Source: Spirochaetia bacterium (GTDB taxonomy: Bacteria; Spirochaetota; Spirochaetia; UBA9216). Taken from it: DNA of 64,000 nt. The stretch is from assembly GCA_965140585.1 (NCBI GenBank), contig OZ223264.1:512001-576000 (forward strand), read 5' to 3'. The position numbers were made by a program, and so were the translations under genes. Of the stretch, positions 49,668 to 59,523 are shown one piece after another. The notes beneath the pieces are model-generated. The model did no database searches and had not been told where the DNA came from. It saw only the letters and a program-made list of their open reading frames with translations. The stretch's first letter is position 1. Every line of letters starts with the position of its first letter.

Positions 49668-51003
49668 TCGATTTGATGTAATACCTCAATGCTATCAGCA
49701 CCGCTATGCTTGAAAGAAGGTCGGCAATAGGATTTGCCAGCCAAACTCCAATGGCGCCGAAGGTCGGACATATAATCAGCATAGGCGGTACGAAGAATAT
49801 AAGCATCCTTAATGTCACAAAAATGGCTGCCTGTCTTGCTCTTCCTGTTGCCTGCAGAAGAATAAGAGTGTTAAACAGGAAGCCGTAAACAGGGTAAAGA
49901 AAGAAGAAAATCCTGGGCGCATGATAGATCAAATCGAGTACGGCAGTATCGGTGATGAACCAGCCTGTAACTGTTCTTGGGAAGAAAGCAAGGAATGCCC
50001 AGAGTGCTGTTGTAAATACCGTAGCGTAAACGGTGAATACAGTGAATCCGTGCAGTAGTCGATCCCTTTTTCCGGCGCCCTCGTTAACACCGATGAATGG
50101 CTGCATTCCCTGGGCAATTCCCCATACAGGCGGAAGCAGCAGACTGAATATCTTGAATATGGTTCCGAGTGCAATAACATCGTTTATTTCTGCATAGATG
50201 TTAAGAAGCCGGTAGGCCACAACTATTTCAACAATAGCCATAACCGGAAGAGCCATTGAAGAGAATCCGATTTTAAGTATTTCCGAAATGTGCTTCGGGT
50301 CGATTTTGCGAATATTCAGGCTGAATTTTATAACTGTTTTTTTTGAGTTGAAATGAATGATACTTAGAATCAGACTCACAACCTGTGAAATAACAGTTGC
50401 CGCCCCTGCTCCGGCTATTCCCAGATCAAAGGTTTTTATCAGAATCGGATCAAGAATCAGGTTGAGTACCGCTCCGGACCCCAGGAAGATCATTGCCTCC
50501 TTCATCAGTCCGCCTGCTCTTATAAGCATGTTTGATGATGCGGCAAAGTTGATGAAAAAAGTTCCGATAACAATAGTCCGCATATAGATAACACCAAGCT
50601 CAAGCATCAGGCCTTCACCGCCCATGAAGTCCACAAGCCATGGGGCATATACGTATGAGATGATGGATAGTGAGCCGGAAATTATTAAATTAAGCAGAAA
50701 AACTGCAGGAAACAGTCTCTGCCTGGTTTCCATATCCCGTCGGCCTATACTTCTTGATAGAACAGAAGAGGCTCCTGCGCCAATGAGGCCTGAGACTGCA
50801 TTGTTAAGAAGTGAAAGAGGGTAGGCCAGGCCTACTGCTCCCATTCCTTCAGGACCGACAAACTGTCCGACGAAAATGCCGTCGACAAACTGGTAGAGCC
50901 CGAAAACAAGCATTCCGATTATGCCCGGAACCGACAGCCTGAAGAAAAGAACTGTCGGGCTGAGGTTGAGAAGTTCTTCTGTATGATCTTTGGGGCTTCT
51001 CAT
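49642..51003 (-). CDS. MATE family efflux transporter
   Basis: YQFVDGIFVGQ, LNLILDPILI, GIAGAGAATVISQ; ATG 51003 lies 7 nt after TTGCTT-17-TAGATT. Confidence 0.9.
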   Translation of the reverse strand: MRSPKDHTEELLNLSPTVLFFRLSVPGIIGMLVFGLYQFVDGIFVGQFVGPEGMGAVGLAYPLSLLNNAVSGLIGAGASSVLSRSIGRRDMETRQRLFPAVFLLNLIISGSLSIISYVYAPWLVDFMGGEGLMLELGVIYMRTIVIGTFFINFAASSNMLIRAGGLMKEAMIFLGSGAVLNLILDPILIKTFDLGIAGAGAATVISQVVSLILSIIHFNSKKTVIKFSLNIRKIDPKHISEILKIGFSSMALPVMAIVEIVVAYRLLNIYAEINDVIALGTIFKIFSLLLPPVWGIAQGMQPFIGVNEGAGKRDRLLHGFTVFTVYATVFTTALWAFLAFFPRTVTGWFITDTAVLDLIYHAPRIFFFLYPVYGFLFNTLILLQATGRARQAAIFVTLRMLIFFVPPMLIICPTFGAIGVWLANPIADLLSSIAVLIALRYYIKSIRHDQVYA

Positions 51004-51044
51004 CAGGTTCAATCTATTAGGAATCCGGAATTAAAGCAATATGA

Positions 51045-52262
51045 CTAACTGCTTTCTAACAAAGCTTCGGCTAGTCTGAAGAAATCTTCACGCTTGCTCC
51101 ACCTTCCCAGTGAGATCCTTAGAGACTGAGAGGCTCTTTTTCCGCTCCGGCCCATATTCTTCAAAACTGCTGACTCTCCGTCGAGCCGTCCTGTACAGGC
51201 GGAAAAGCGGCTGATACAGATTCCCCTGCTGTTGAGATCCAGTATGAGCTTTTCCATATCAGTCTGCTGCTTAAGACTGATGCAGCAGACACCGGGAGCT
51301 CTGTTTTCAGGGCTTTCCACAATAAACTCAACACCCTTCTGTTCAAGTATCCGCAGCCCGTCTTTAATCAGGCTTGTCATTACCATGCTTTCCTCATTGA
51401 AGTTTTTCTTCATAAGCCTGATTGAATCCGAAAGGGCTGCAGCACCAGGCACATTCTCGGTGCCCGGAAAGGGTGAGTTCCCCGCAGAGCCTCCATATCT
51501 TAGACCGCTTATTTTAAGCCCAGGACGTTTCCATACAAGTCCGATGCCCTTCGGGGCATACAGTTTATGGCCGCTGAGGCAGAATGCGTCACAGTAAGGA
51601 GCCCATTCGGAGGGTAATAGCCGGGCTGCCGCCTGTACAGCATCCAGAATCAGTACTGCACCCGATTCCGAAGTTATCCTGTGAATCTCTTTAATCGGCT
51701 GGATCGCTCCTGTTTCATGGTTGACTGGAGAAATTATCAGTATGCTTTTTCTTCCATGCTTAAGCTGAGTTCCAAGCTTATGAGTAAGCTGTTCAAGATT
51801 AACTGTTCCGCTGCTGTCGACTTCCAGTTCAATAACGGAGCCCCCGAAGCCGGAAGGTGCTGCCGGGCTCTTTTTTTTGAGATGAAAAAGCGGATGCTTT
51901 ACTGAAGAATGGCATGTTGTTTCTGTCATGAAGACCGCATCCGGACTGTGAACAGCTGAGCCGAGAATCAGTGTATTCAAGGCGTCTGTTCCTCCGGCGC
52001 AGCAGTAAAACCCGTCGATACTCCGTCCGGTCCAGCCCTCAGCGGTTTCGCTGAGCATCTCCATTTCCTTCCAGGCTTCAACCCCTGCAGAGTGTATGCT
52101 GGACGGATTGCCCCAGGTTCTGCGGCAGGCACGTTCAAAACTGCCGAGCACCCGCGGATCTACCGGTGTTGTAGCATTATAGTCCATGTAAACAGTACGT
52201 TCGGGTATCCATGGAACGGCCGCGGCTTTTATTTTTTTCTTAAGTTCACATCTGCATGGCAT
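51045..52262 (-). CDS. Cysteine desulfurase family protein (class V PLP enzyme, IscS/NifS-like)
   Basis: YMDYNATTP, GNPSSIH, NHETG, DAVQ, SGHKLYAPKG, GTENV, SAC, LRISLGR; ATG 52262 lies 7 nt after TTTACA-16-TATAAT. Confidence 0.85.
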   Translation of the reverse strand: MPCRCELKKKIKAAAVPWIPERTVYMDYNATTPVDPRVLGSFERACRRTWGNPSSIHSAGVEAWKEMEMLSETAEGWTGRSIDGFYCCAGGTDALNTLILGSAVHSPDAVFMTETTCHSSVKHPLFHLKKKSPAAPSGFGGSVIELEVDSSGTVNLEQLTHKLGTQLKHGRKSILIISPVNHETGAIQPIKEIHRITSESGAVLILDAVQAAARLLPSEWAPYCDAFCLSGHKLYAPKGIGLVWKRPGLKISGLRYGGSAGNSPFPGTENVPGAAALSDSIRLMKKNFNEESMVMTSLIKDGLRILEQKGVEFIVESPENRAPGVCCISLKQQTDMEKLILDLNSRGICISRFSACTGRLDGESAVLKNMGRSGKRASQSLRISLGRWSKREDFFRLAEALLESS

Positions 52263-52325
52263 GTCTGAAATTATAACCATGCCCTGATACTTGTAAAAGG
52301 CGCATTTCTATGTTTTTATACATTA

Positions 52326-53543
52326 ATGAAAAAACTGTTGTTGAAAGCTTTTCCCTATCAGGGGCTCCCGGGCCCTGTATACATTCTTTTTTTCTGTCGC
52401 ATCGTCAGCCGTATGGGTGACTTTGTCAGGTTCTTCCTGACACTCTATCTGACTGCGGTACTGGGTTATGATGAAAAACAAACCGGACTTCTAATCACTC
52501 TGAGCGTCATTGCTGTAATGCTGGGAAGTCTTGTCGGCGGACGTCTGACTGATTTTTCCGGCAGAAAGAAAATAATGCTTTCGGCACAGTTTCTCGGCGC
52601 AGCATCTATAGGCTTATGCGGTTTTTACCCTGAGGCCAGGTGGCTCTTATGGCCGCTAATTTTTTCACAGTTTTTTCTGGGAGCTGCACAGCCTGTGGGT
52701 TCCGCCATGGTTACAGATCTTACGACCAGAGAACAGCGGCAGAAGGCGATGTCGCTTCTTTATCTGGGAATAAATATCGGGGTCTCAATCGGACCGGTAA
52801 TTGCGGGGTTTCTGTTTAACAGCTATCGGCACTGGCTTTTTTGGGGTGATGCGCTCACGACTCTTTTTGCTGTTGTACTTGTAGCCCTGAAGGTACCAGA
52901 GACAATGCCTTCCGAAGAAGAGCAGATGGAAGCCTCTGGTCACGAGAGAGCTGAGGATGGCGGTGTTCTCAGTGCACTTCTAAAACGCCCGGTGCTGTCT
53001 GTCTTTCTGGTGATGTCGGTCGTTCTTTCGTTTGTATACTCTCAGCATACATTTACACTTCCTCTGCAGCTGCAGAAATACATGGGCAGCGGAAGTGCAG
53101 GTTTTTACGGGATTATTATGTCGGTTAATGCTGTAACGGTCCTGATAGTTACTCCGCTGGTGCTCAGGATACTTGAACATAATGTACCGCTGAAGAATTT
53201 AAAATACGGAAGTCTCTGCTATGCAGTTGGATTCGGAATGCTCTTTTTCCTGAAGACTAATACGGCACTTTTTTTGATCTCAACAGTGATATGGACCGTG
53301 GGTGAGGTTATAATGGTGACCAATGAAGGTGTTTTTGTTGCCAACCATACTCCTGTAAACCAGCGCGGGCGAATAAATGGTCTTCGGAACATGCTTTACG
53401 GAATTGGCAGCTCGATTACTCCGGCTCTTTCAGGTGTATTCGTTGATTCCATTGGAACAGCCTTTATATGGCCTCTGGTTGCCGCCCTTGCCGTAATATA
53501 TCTTGCTGTTATAGCTGTACTGCAGAAGGTGGATGACAGGTAA
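52326..53543 (+). CDS. MFS transporter
   Basis: 12 TM segments; motif A GGRLTDFSGRK; NIGVSIGP; QRGR. Confidence 0.92.
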   Translation: MKKLLLKAFPYQGLPGPVYILFFCRIVSRMGDFVRFFLTLYLTAVLGYDEKQTGLLITLSVIAVMLGSLVGGRLTDFSGRKKIMLSAQFLGAASIGLCGFYPEARWLLWPLIFSQFFLGAAQPVGSAMVTDLTTREQRQKAMSLLYLGINIGVSIGPVIAGFLFNSYRHWLFWGDALTTLFAVVLVALKVPETMPSEEEQMEASGHERAEDGGVLSALLKRPVLSVFLVMSVVLSFVYSQHTFTLPLQLQKYMGSGSAGFYGIIMSVNAVTVLIVTPLVLRILEHNVPLKNLKYGSLCYAVGFGMLFFLKTNTALFLISTVIWTVGEVIMVTNEGVFVANHTPVNQRGRINGLRNMLYGIGSSITPALSGVFVDSIGTAFIWPLVAALAVIYLAVIAVLQKVDDR

Positions 53544-53566
53544 GATAGCTGAATAAAATCTAAACT

Positions 53567-55876
53567 TTATTCAGCAGAACCTGTTTTAACTTTATTTTTA
53601 TAGAAACTTCCTATGAATGCGGGAAGCAGTACAAGGGTTCCTATCATTGTAAATGTGAGTGTGAAGCAGATTAGCAGACCGAAATAGGAAATACCCCTGA
53701 AACTTGAGAGTACCAGGAACAGCAGCCCTCCTACTATTGAGATAGTCGTGTGCATTATCGGCCGTCCGGCTTCCATATGTGTGAGATTAATCGCTTCTTT
53801 TACTTTTCCTATCAGATCAAAGTTCTTTTTAAACTGAATATTATAGTGGATAGCATTATCAACACCTACACCTATTACGATCGACGTTACCATCAGTGTG
53901 GTCATATCAAGCGGAATTTTCAGAAAGGCCATACAGATAAAGTTCAGCATCAGTCCACTGAACAGAGGCGTCAGGGTCAGAACAGCAAAGCCAATATTTC
54001 TGAAATAAATAAGGGCAATGATGAACACAAAAATAATTGCTGCAAGAATTGATTTATTCTGATCCCGGGTGAGCATTTCTGAAAGGTAAAGATACCTCAG
54101 ATCAACAGACCATAGAGCAACATCCATGTTCTTAAGGTGTTTTTCCATGCTTATGTTGAATCTGTCAACAAGCGCACCCAGTGCCGCCTCGGCAAGAATC
54201 CGGTTATTCCGGCTGTTGTAAATTTTAAAAGTCAGTGTGATTCTGGAGAAATCATCATTGGTCATCTGCCTGATTGTATCGTTTGCATCTTCAGAAGATC
54301 TTATTAGTTTAAGATACCGTGAAAGCAGGCTGATGAGTCCTTTCTGACTCGGTATTTCCTTTTCTCCGTTCATAAGAAAATTCAGTTCCCGGATATAAAA
54401 GCTGATTGAAGACACCGAAGTCACATCGGCATCCTCAAGTATCTCGAGTTCAAAGTCAGAAACCTGCTCGAGGACCTCAGGACGAAGGAAGTAGTTCTTT
54501 TCATTAGCAGGCGCTGTTATTGTCACATTCATGGTCTGATAACCGCCGACATTCTCCAGGATATAGCTTGTTTCCTGTACTACCGAGTCGTCTTTGGGAA
54601 AGTAGGACATATAGTCGGACTGGGATGGAATCCTCGGATAGGCGTAGATGAAAAGCCCCAGAATAACAGCAAAGAGAACCAGAACCATGTAGCGGAAACG
54701 GTAAACAAAGTCCCCGAGTTTACCCATATTCTGAGCGAAAGTTCCGGTCAGGACATTCTGCTTCTGGTCCTCTGTAGGAGGCCGTATTTTTGACAGCATC
54801 GCAGGCAGGTAGAAGCTTGAAAGGAGCATACAGGCTGTGATACCGAAACTTGTTGATATTCCGAATTCCTTGGTCTGGTCAATTGATGTGAACATCAGAC
54901 TCATGAAGCCTACTACTGTTGTCAGACAGGCAAGAAAGACCGTTTTATTTATATGAAGTGTCGCTTCAACAATCCATAGTTTATCTTTTCGATCCGGCTG
55001 TGCGTCCCGGTAATACTGGTTGAGTATATGTATTGTGTATGAGCTGCCTATACTGAGGACAAGCGGCGGAATTGTAAGGCTGACTACGTTAAGCTGATAA
55101 CCCATCAGGGCCATGAATCCGAGGGTCCACACTGTTCCTGCAAGGACCACGGATATAGGAAGAAGGAACGAGCGTTTAGATCTGAATCCGAAGTAAAATG
55201 ATACGAGCATGAAGGCCAGGGCAAAAAGAAAGAGCTTTACAAGATCTTTACTCAGATAGGTATTGCTCCGGTCTGAGATAGGAACATCTCCGGTTGTGTA
55301 TACGCGGTAGTATTTTTCAAGTTCCGCCCTGATCCGGCTGTATTCCTGCATGAAGGCTTCGGCTTCATCTGTAAGCGGTTCGCTTGGGAATACCGCGCTC
55401 AGTGTTTTTCCGTCTCTGGAAATTAGAGTGCCGGCATAGAAGGGGTTATCAACCAGTAGTTCCTTGAAGTCTGCAAGTTCCTGTTCTGTCTGTGGTGCGC
55501 GGCTTTCCGGTGAGAGTGTTCCAACCTTCAGCTGACGGCCGGACTTTGTAAAAACCACAGCATTGAATGGAGTAATTCCTCTGCTGATTCCTGTTAAGGT
55601 TTCTATTTCATGGATACTTTTATCAAAAGCCTGAAGACCTTCAAGAGTAAACGGATCTTCGCTTGAAATCGCTACAATAAAATACCCGTCAGCCGAACTT
55701 TCGGTTCCGTATTTCTGAAGCAGCTGAGTTACTTCACTATGTTCGGGTATAAGGTTTTCAATTGACGGGTCTATTTTCAGCCTTAAAGCGCTGACCCCGA
55801 AAAAAGCAGTTACAATCACGGTAATTATTATTACCAGCGTAGAATGCTTTATTATATTAAAAAATAGTTTTCTCAT
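53567..55876 (-). CDS. MMPL/RND family exporter
   Basis: Two repeats of TM, large periplasmic loop and 5 TM; IGSSYTIH and GVGVDNAIH. Confidence 0.88.
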   Translation of the reverse strand: MRKLFFNIIKHSTLVIIITVIVTAFFGVSALRLKIDPSIENLIPEHSEVTQLLQKYGTESSADGYFIVAISSEDPFTLEGLQAFDKSIHEIETLTGISRGITPFNAVVFTKSGRQLKVGTLSPESRAPQTEQELADFKELLVDNPFYAGTLISRDGKTLSAVFPSEPLTDEAEAFMQEYSRIRAELEKYYRVYTTGDVPISDRSNTYLSKDLVKLFLFALAFMLVSFYFGFRSKRSFLLPISVVLAGTVWTLGFMALMGYQLNVVSLTIPPLVLSIGSSYTIHILNQYYRDAQPDRKDKLWIVEATLHINKTVFLACLTTVVGFMSLMFTSIDQTKEFGISTSFGITACMLLSSFYLPAMLSKIRPPTEDQKQNVLTGTFAQNMGKLGDFVYRFRYMVLVLFAVILGLFIYAYPRIPSQSDYMSYFPKDDSVVQETSYILENVGGYQTMNVTITAPANEKNYFLRPEVLEQVSDFELEILEDADVTSVSSISFYIRELNFLMNGEKEIPSQKGLISLLSRYLKLIRSSEDANDTIRQMTNDDFSRITLTFKIYNSRNNRILAEAALGALVDRFNISMEKHLKNMDVALWSVDLRYLYLSEMLTRDQNKSILAAIIFVFIIALIYFRNIGFAVLTLTPLFSGLMLNFICMAFLKIPLDMTTLMVTSIVIGVGVDNAIHYNIQFKKNFDLIGKVKEAINLTHMEAGRPIMHTTISIVGGLLFLVLSSFRGISYFGLLICFTLTFTMIGTLVLLPAFIGSFYKNKVKTGSAE

Positions 55877-55984
55877 CTAATGATCCCTGATAGATACTAA
55901 GTGGTGCCCAATGATACTATCAGTTTTAGACCCAATTGAAAACCTTGACTTTTATTAAAATTGAATTTAATACATGATTAGACT

Positions 55985-56578
55985 ATGAATATTTATACTG
56001 TAGCACTCACTCTTATTCTCATTATGGATCCCTTTGGAAACATTCCAATTTTTCTGGGAATCCTCGGTAAATTTACTCCGGCAAAACGTCGTTTGATCAT
56101 TATCAGAGAAAGCCTGATCGCCTTTGTTATACTTATTTTCTTTCTTTTTTTCGGACGACATATCCTCAACGGACTTCATATTGAGCAGGCCGCTCTTAAT
56201 ATTTCCGGTGGTGTCGTTTTATTTATCATTGCATTGAAAATGATTTTTCCTGCCCGTTCAGGAGGGACGGAGGAGAGTTTTGATGATGATCCTCTCATTG
56301 TTCCTCTCGCTGTACCTATGCTGGCCGGACCTTCATCTACTGCATATGTAATGCTGGTTTCTGCACAGTATCCTGATCATCTTATTACAATTTTAATTTC
56401 AATAATAATTGCCGCAGCTGTTACCTCTTTAGTTCTTGTCCTTTCTGATTCGATTAGAAAGATTCTTGGAACAAGGATCCTTAAGGCAATTGAACGGCTG
56501 ATGGGAATGATACTTACCACTCTTGCCGTGCAGATGCTGCTCTCCGGTATCGGAGCTTATTTCGGGCTTTCCGGCTGA
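55985..56578 (+). CDS. MarC family membrane protein
   Basis: IMDPFGNIPIF, PLAVPMLAGP, ERLMGMIL. Confidence 0.93.
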   Translation: MNIYTVALTLILIMDPFGNIPIFLGILGKFTPAKRRLIIIRESLIAFVILIFFLFFGRHILNGLHIEQAALNISGGVVLFIIALKMIFPARSGGTEESFDDDPLIVPLAVPMLAGPSSTAYVMLVSAQYPDHLITILISIIIAAAVTSLVLVLSDSIRKILGTRILKAIERLMGMILTTLAVQMLLSGIGAYFGLSG

Positions 56579-56721
56579 TTTGACCTTTATCAGGTTCGAA
56601 TTCTCAGAATTAATTTGGTAAAAATATATCGATATGGTATTATTTACCATAATATGAATAAAAATTGTCAAGATTGATCGAAATTCAAGACTATGTTAGA
56701 ATATGATTTCTTAGATGGAGA

Positions 56722-57387
56722 GTGACTACATTGAATGAGAATGAGAATGAGAATGAGTTCCTTAAAACCAGCGTTCCGTTGCCTTCAGTCAGACGACTGC
56801 CGTTGTACCTGACAGTACTTGAAGAATTTGAACGGGAAGGTAAAGAGTGGATTTCCACTACCGATTTTTCTGAAGTCCTGTTTCTTAAACCGATACAGGT
56901 AAGAAAGGATCTTGCACATACAGGAATCATCGGTAAGCCTAAAAAAGGCTTCAAGGTCAATGAACTTATTTCTACAATCAATAAATTTTTAGGCTGGAAT
57001 AATCTCACTGACGCGTTCCTTATCGGAGCGGGTGCTCTGGGTTCCGCCCTCCTGGGTTACAACGGTTTCCAGAATCATGGTCTGAATATAGTCGCGGCAT
57101 TCGACAGTTCTCCTTCAGTTATCGGAAAAACAATTCATGGAAAAAAAGTACTTCCTATAGAGCAGATTAAAGATCTTGCTTTGAGGATGCATGTTAAACT
57201 TGGAATTATCACTGTTCCGAGAGAAGCAGCCCAGGAAGCGGCGGACAACCTTATTGCTGCCGGAATCAAAGGAATCTGGAATTTCTCACCAATCAAACTC
57301 CAGGTGCCCGATGATGTTGTTGTTCAGAGAGAAGACCTATCCTCAGGACTTGCTGTTCTTTCGGTTAAACTGGGACGCTTCGATTAA
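56722..57387 (+). CDS. rex: Redox-sensing transcriptional repressor Rex (start uncertain, 56722 or 56731)
   Basis: RRLPLYL, QVRKDL, IGAGALGSAL, IITVP, GIWNFSP. Confidence 0.93.
   Translation: MTTLNENENENEFLKTSVPLPSVRRLPLYLTVLEEFEREGKEWISTTDFSEVLFLKPIQVRKDLAHTGIIGKPKKGFKVNELISTINKFLGWNNLTDAFLIGAGALGSALLGYNGFQNHGLNIVAAFDSSPSVIGKTIHGKKVLPIEQIKDLALRMHVKLGIITVPREAAQEAADNLIAAGIKGIWNFSPIKLQVPDDVVVQREDLSSGLAVLSVKLGRFD
56733..56757 (+). repeat. In-frame (GAATGA)4 microsatellite encoding NENENENE
   Basis: gaatga x4 seen directly. Confidence 0.9.
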
Positions 57388-58235
57388 ATTAGGCTGAAAG
57401 TAGAAATATATTTCACATTATCTCGGGGCATCGGTAGAAGGGGATTATTCGAATTCCAGTTACCTGAAAGCCCGAGGTCTGTACAGCCTCGTTCAAAATG
57501 ACACATGGCAATTCCCATATCAATGTGCTGGATACTGTATCCAATACTTTTATTGTAGCCCGGATTTTCATCAAGGTAAAAATGCACATCCTTTTTATCT
57601 TCTGAAACGAGCAGCAGCCACGGCTGTTTGTTTGATGCAGACGGGGCAAGCTGAACCATCTGCAGCGGGCCGCTGAGTTCGGCGGAAGTTTCCTTTTCGA
57701 GAGGTGAATTAAAATCAGCTGAGAAAAAAAGGCTTTCCCAATTTTTCCGTGTATGTGAGCGTGCGACACCGCGTACCATTTTATCCGCCATAGATTTTCG
57801 TTCCGCCGGATAACCGACCGGTGAAATAACCGGAATAAAATTATCACCTCTGCATTCAGCCGCCTCCATGAAGGATTTACGTTTAAACGTTCCTCCCAGC
57901 CAGCATGTTCCTATTCCTGCCTCAGATAGCCTGAGTACAGCATCTTCCAGCACAAAGCCTGTTTTCAGCATGGAATATTCATCATTACTGCATACCGCAG
58001 CTATAAATCCCTGAGGATTTTTAATAATTCCGTATGTCCCCAGGCGGCTGCTTCGGGAAACCCCGGAACTCTGCAGATCTATGAATTTGAGACTGACCTC
58101 ACAGTCCAGAAAATCGGGAGCCTGTGCCGACTTATTGATAATATCTTTCACAAGATTTATGTGATTCTCTGTAAGAGTTCTTTCAGCAAAGGTTCGTACA
58201 GAGGTTCTTTCTTCTATTGCAGTTGTATAATCCAT
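57384..58235 (-). CDS. Nitroreductase family protein (two domains)
   Basis: RTSVRTF, GIGTCWLGG, APSASNKQPW, IDMGIAMCHF; ATG lies 6 nt after ATGACG-17-TATAAT. Confidence 0.9.
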   Translation of the reverse strand: MDYTTAIEERTSVRTFAERTLTENHINLVKDIINKSAQAPDFLDCEVSLKFIDLQSSGVSRSSRLGTYGIIKNPQGFIAAVCSNDEYSMLKTGFVLEDAVLRLSEAGIGTCWLGGTFKRKSFMEAAECRGDNFIPVISPVGYPAERKSMADKMVRGVARSHTRKNWESLFFSADFNSPLEKETSAELSGPLQMVQLAPSASNKQPWLLLVSEDKKDVHFYLDENPGYNKSIGYSIQHIDMGIAMCHFERGCTDLGLSGNWNSNNPLLPMPRDNVKYISTFSLI

Positions 58236-58288
58236 AGGCTGATTATAAATTATTAATCTGTGCCCGTCATTATTCTATGTATTGTTGC

Positions 58289-58318
58289 TTGATCTTTATT
58301 TGAAATTTCAAATATCAT
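58289..58318 (+). promoter_or_regulatory. Aminotransferase promoter containing a perfect 18-bp palindromic operator candidate
   Basis: TTGATC-18 nt-TATCAT with TATTTGAAATTTCAAATA at 58297-58314. Confidence 0.6.
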
Positions 58319-58338
58319 GTCTGTAATAGGAGAGGACC

Positions 58339-59523
58339 ATGGACTTTACAAATATACTAGCTGAAAGAACTAAATCGATGGGTGCCAGTGCCATAAGAGA
58401 AATTCTCAAGGTTGTCGGGCAGCCGGGAATGGTTTCGCTTGCAGGCGGTATTCCTTCACCGGAAAGTTTTCCCATGGAGATTATGAAAGAGCTTTCAGAT
58501 CGCGTGCTCTCCAAATTCGGTCCTGCAGCGTTCCAGTATGATCTTACCGAAGGCTTTGCTCCGCTGCGCGAGGTTTTAAGCAGCTATCTCGGAGATCGTG
58601 GAATTACTGCTTCTCCGCAGCAGATTATTGTTCAAAGCGGCTCTCAGGGAGTCCTTGATGCACTGGGCATGGTCTGCATTTCCAAGGGTGATAAGATAGC
58701 TGTTGAAGCACCAACCTATCTCGGTGCCATTCAGGCCTTTCGTCCCTATCAGCCGGAGTTTGTCAGCATGGAGATGGATGAGGAAGGTCTTATTCCCGAA
58801 TCTCTGGAGAATACCCTTAAGAAACATAAAATTAAATTTATCTATACAGTTCCTACATTTCAGAATCCGACGGGACGCAGTCTGACTCTTGCCCGCCGGA
58901 AAGCAATTGCTGAAATTATCATTAAGTACGGCGCTTTGCTGATTGAAGATGACCCCTACAGTAACCTCAGATATACCGGTGAGGTGCTGCCTCCGATAAA
59001 GACATTTGCACCTGAAAATGTCGTATATATAACTACTCTTTCAAAGGTGCTGGCTCCCGGTTTGAGGCTGGGAATCTGTGCAGCCCCTGAGTCCATCCAG
59101 AAATGGCTCATTATTATAAAACAGGGTGTTGATCTGCACAGTTCGACCCTCGGTCAGGCTTTAGCTGCCGAATATCTTGAGGGGGGCTATATTAAGGAAC
59201 AGATTCCAAGAATTATTGAGCTTTACCGGCCGAAGCACAGGGCCATGCTTGAAGCTCTTGATGAATATTTTCCTGCAGGATTCACTTTCTCAAAACCTGA
59301 AGGCGGAATGTTTATATGGGCTGAAGGCCCGGAAGGGATGGACCTTGAAAAGACCTACTGGAAGGCTATAGAGAAGAACGTTGCCTATGTGCCGGGCAGG
59401 TTTTTCTATACGGAAAAAGGTAAGGGCCTGGCGACAATGCGTCTTAATTTCACAATGAGCGAGGCCGATGTTATCCGCTCAGCGGTAAAAACTCTTGGTG
59501 ATGTGCTGAAGGCGGAATTATAG
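58339..59523 (+). CDS. PLP-dependent class I aminotransferase (LysN/aromatic amino acid type)
   Basis: [49 protein letters not shown]; SD ggagagg. Confidence 0.92.
   Translation: MDFTNILAERTKSMGASAIREILKVVGQPGMVSLAGGIPSPESFPMEIMKELSDRVLSKFGPAAFQYDLTEGFAPLREVLSSYLGDRGITASPQQIIVQSGSQGVLDALGMVCISKGDKIAVEAPTYLGAIQAFRPYQPEFVSMEMDEEGLIPESLENTLKKHKIKFIYTVPTFQNPTGRSLTLARRKAIAEIIIKYGALLIEDDPYSNLRYTGEVLPPIKTFAPENVVYITTLSKVLAPGLRLGICAAPESIQKWLIIIKQGVDLHSSTLGQALAAEYLEGGYIKEQIPRIIELYRPKHRAMLEALDEYFPAGFTFSKPEGGMFIWAEGPEGMDLEKTYWKAIEKNVAYVPGRFFYTEKGKGLATMRLNFTMSEADVIRSAVKTLGDVLKAEL

Noticed and set aside
56579-56721. Rex autoregulatory box upstream of rex
   Set aside because: Only weak AT-rich palindromes (tggtaaa...tttacca, atatcgatat); none fits the Rex consensus
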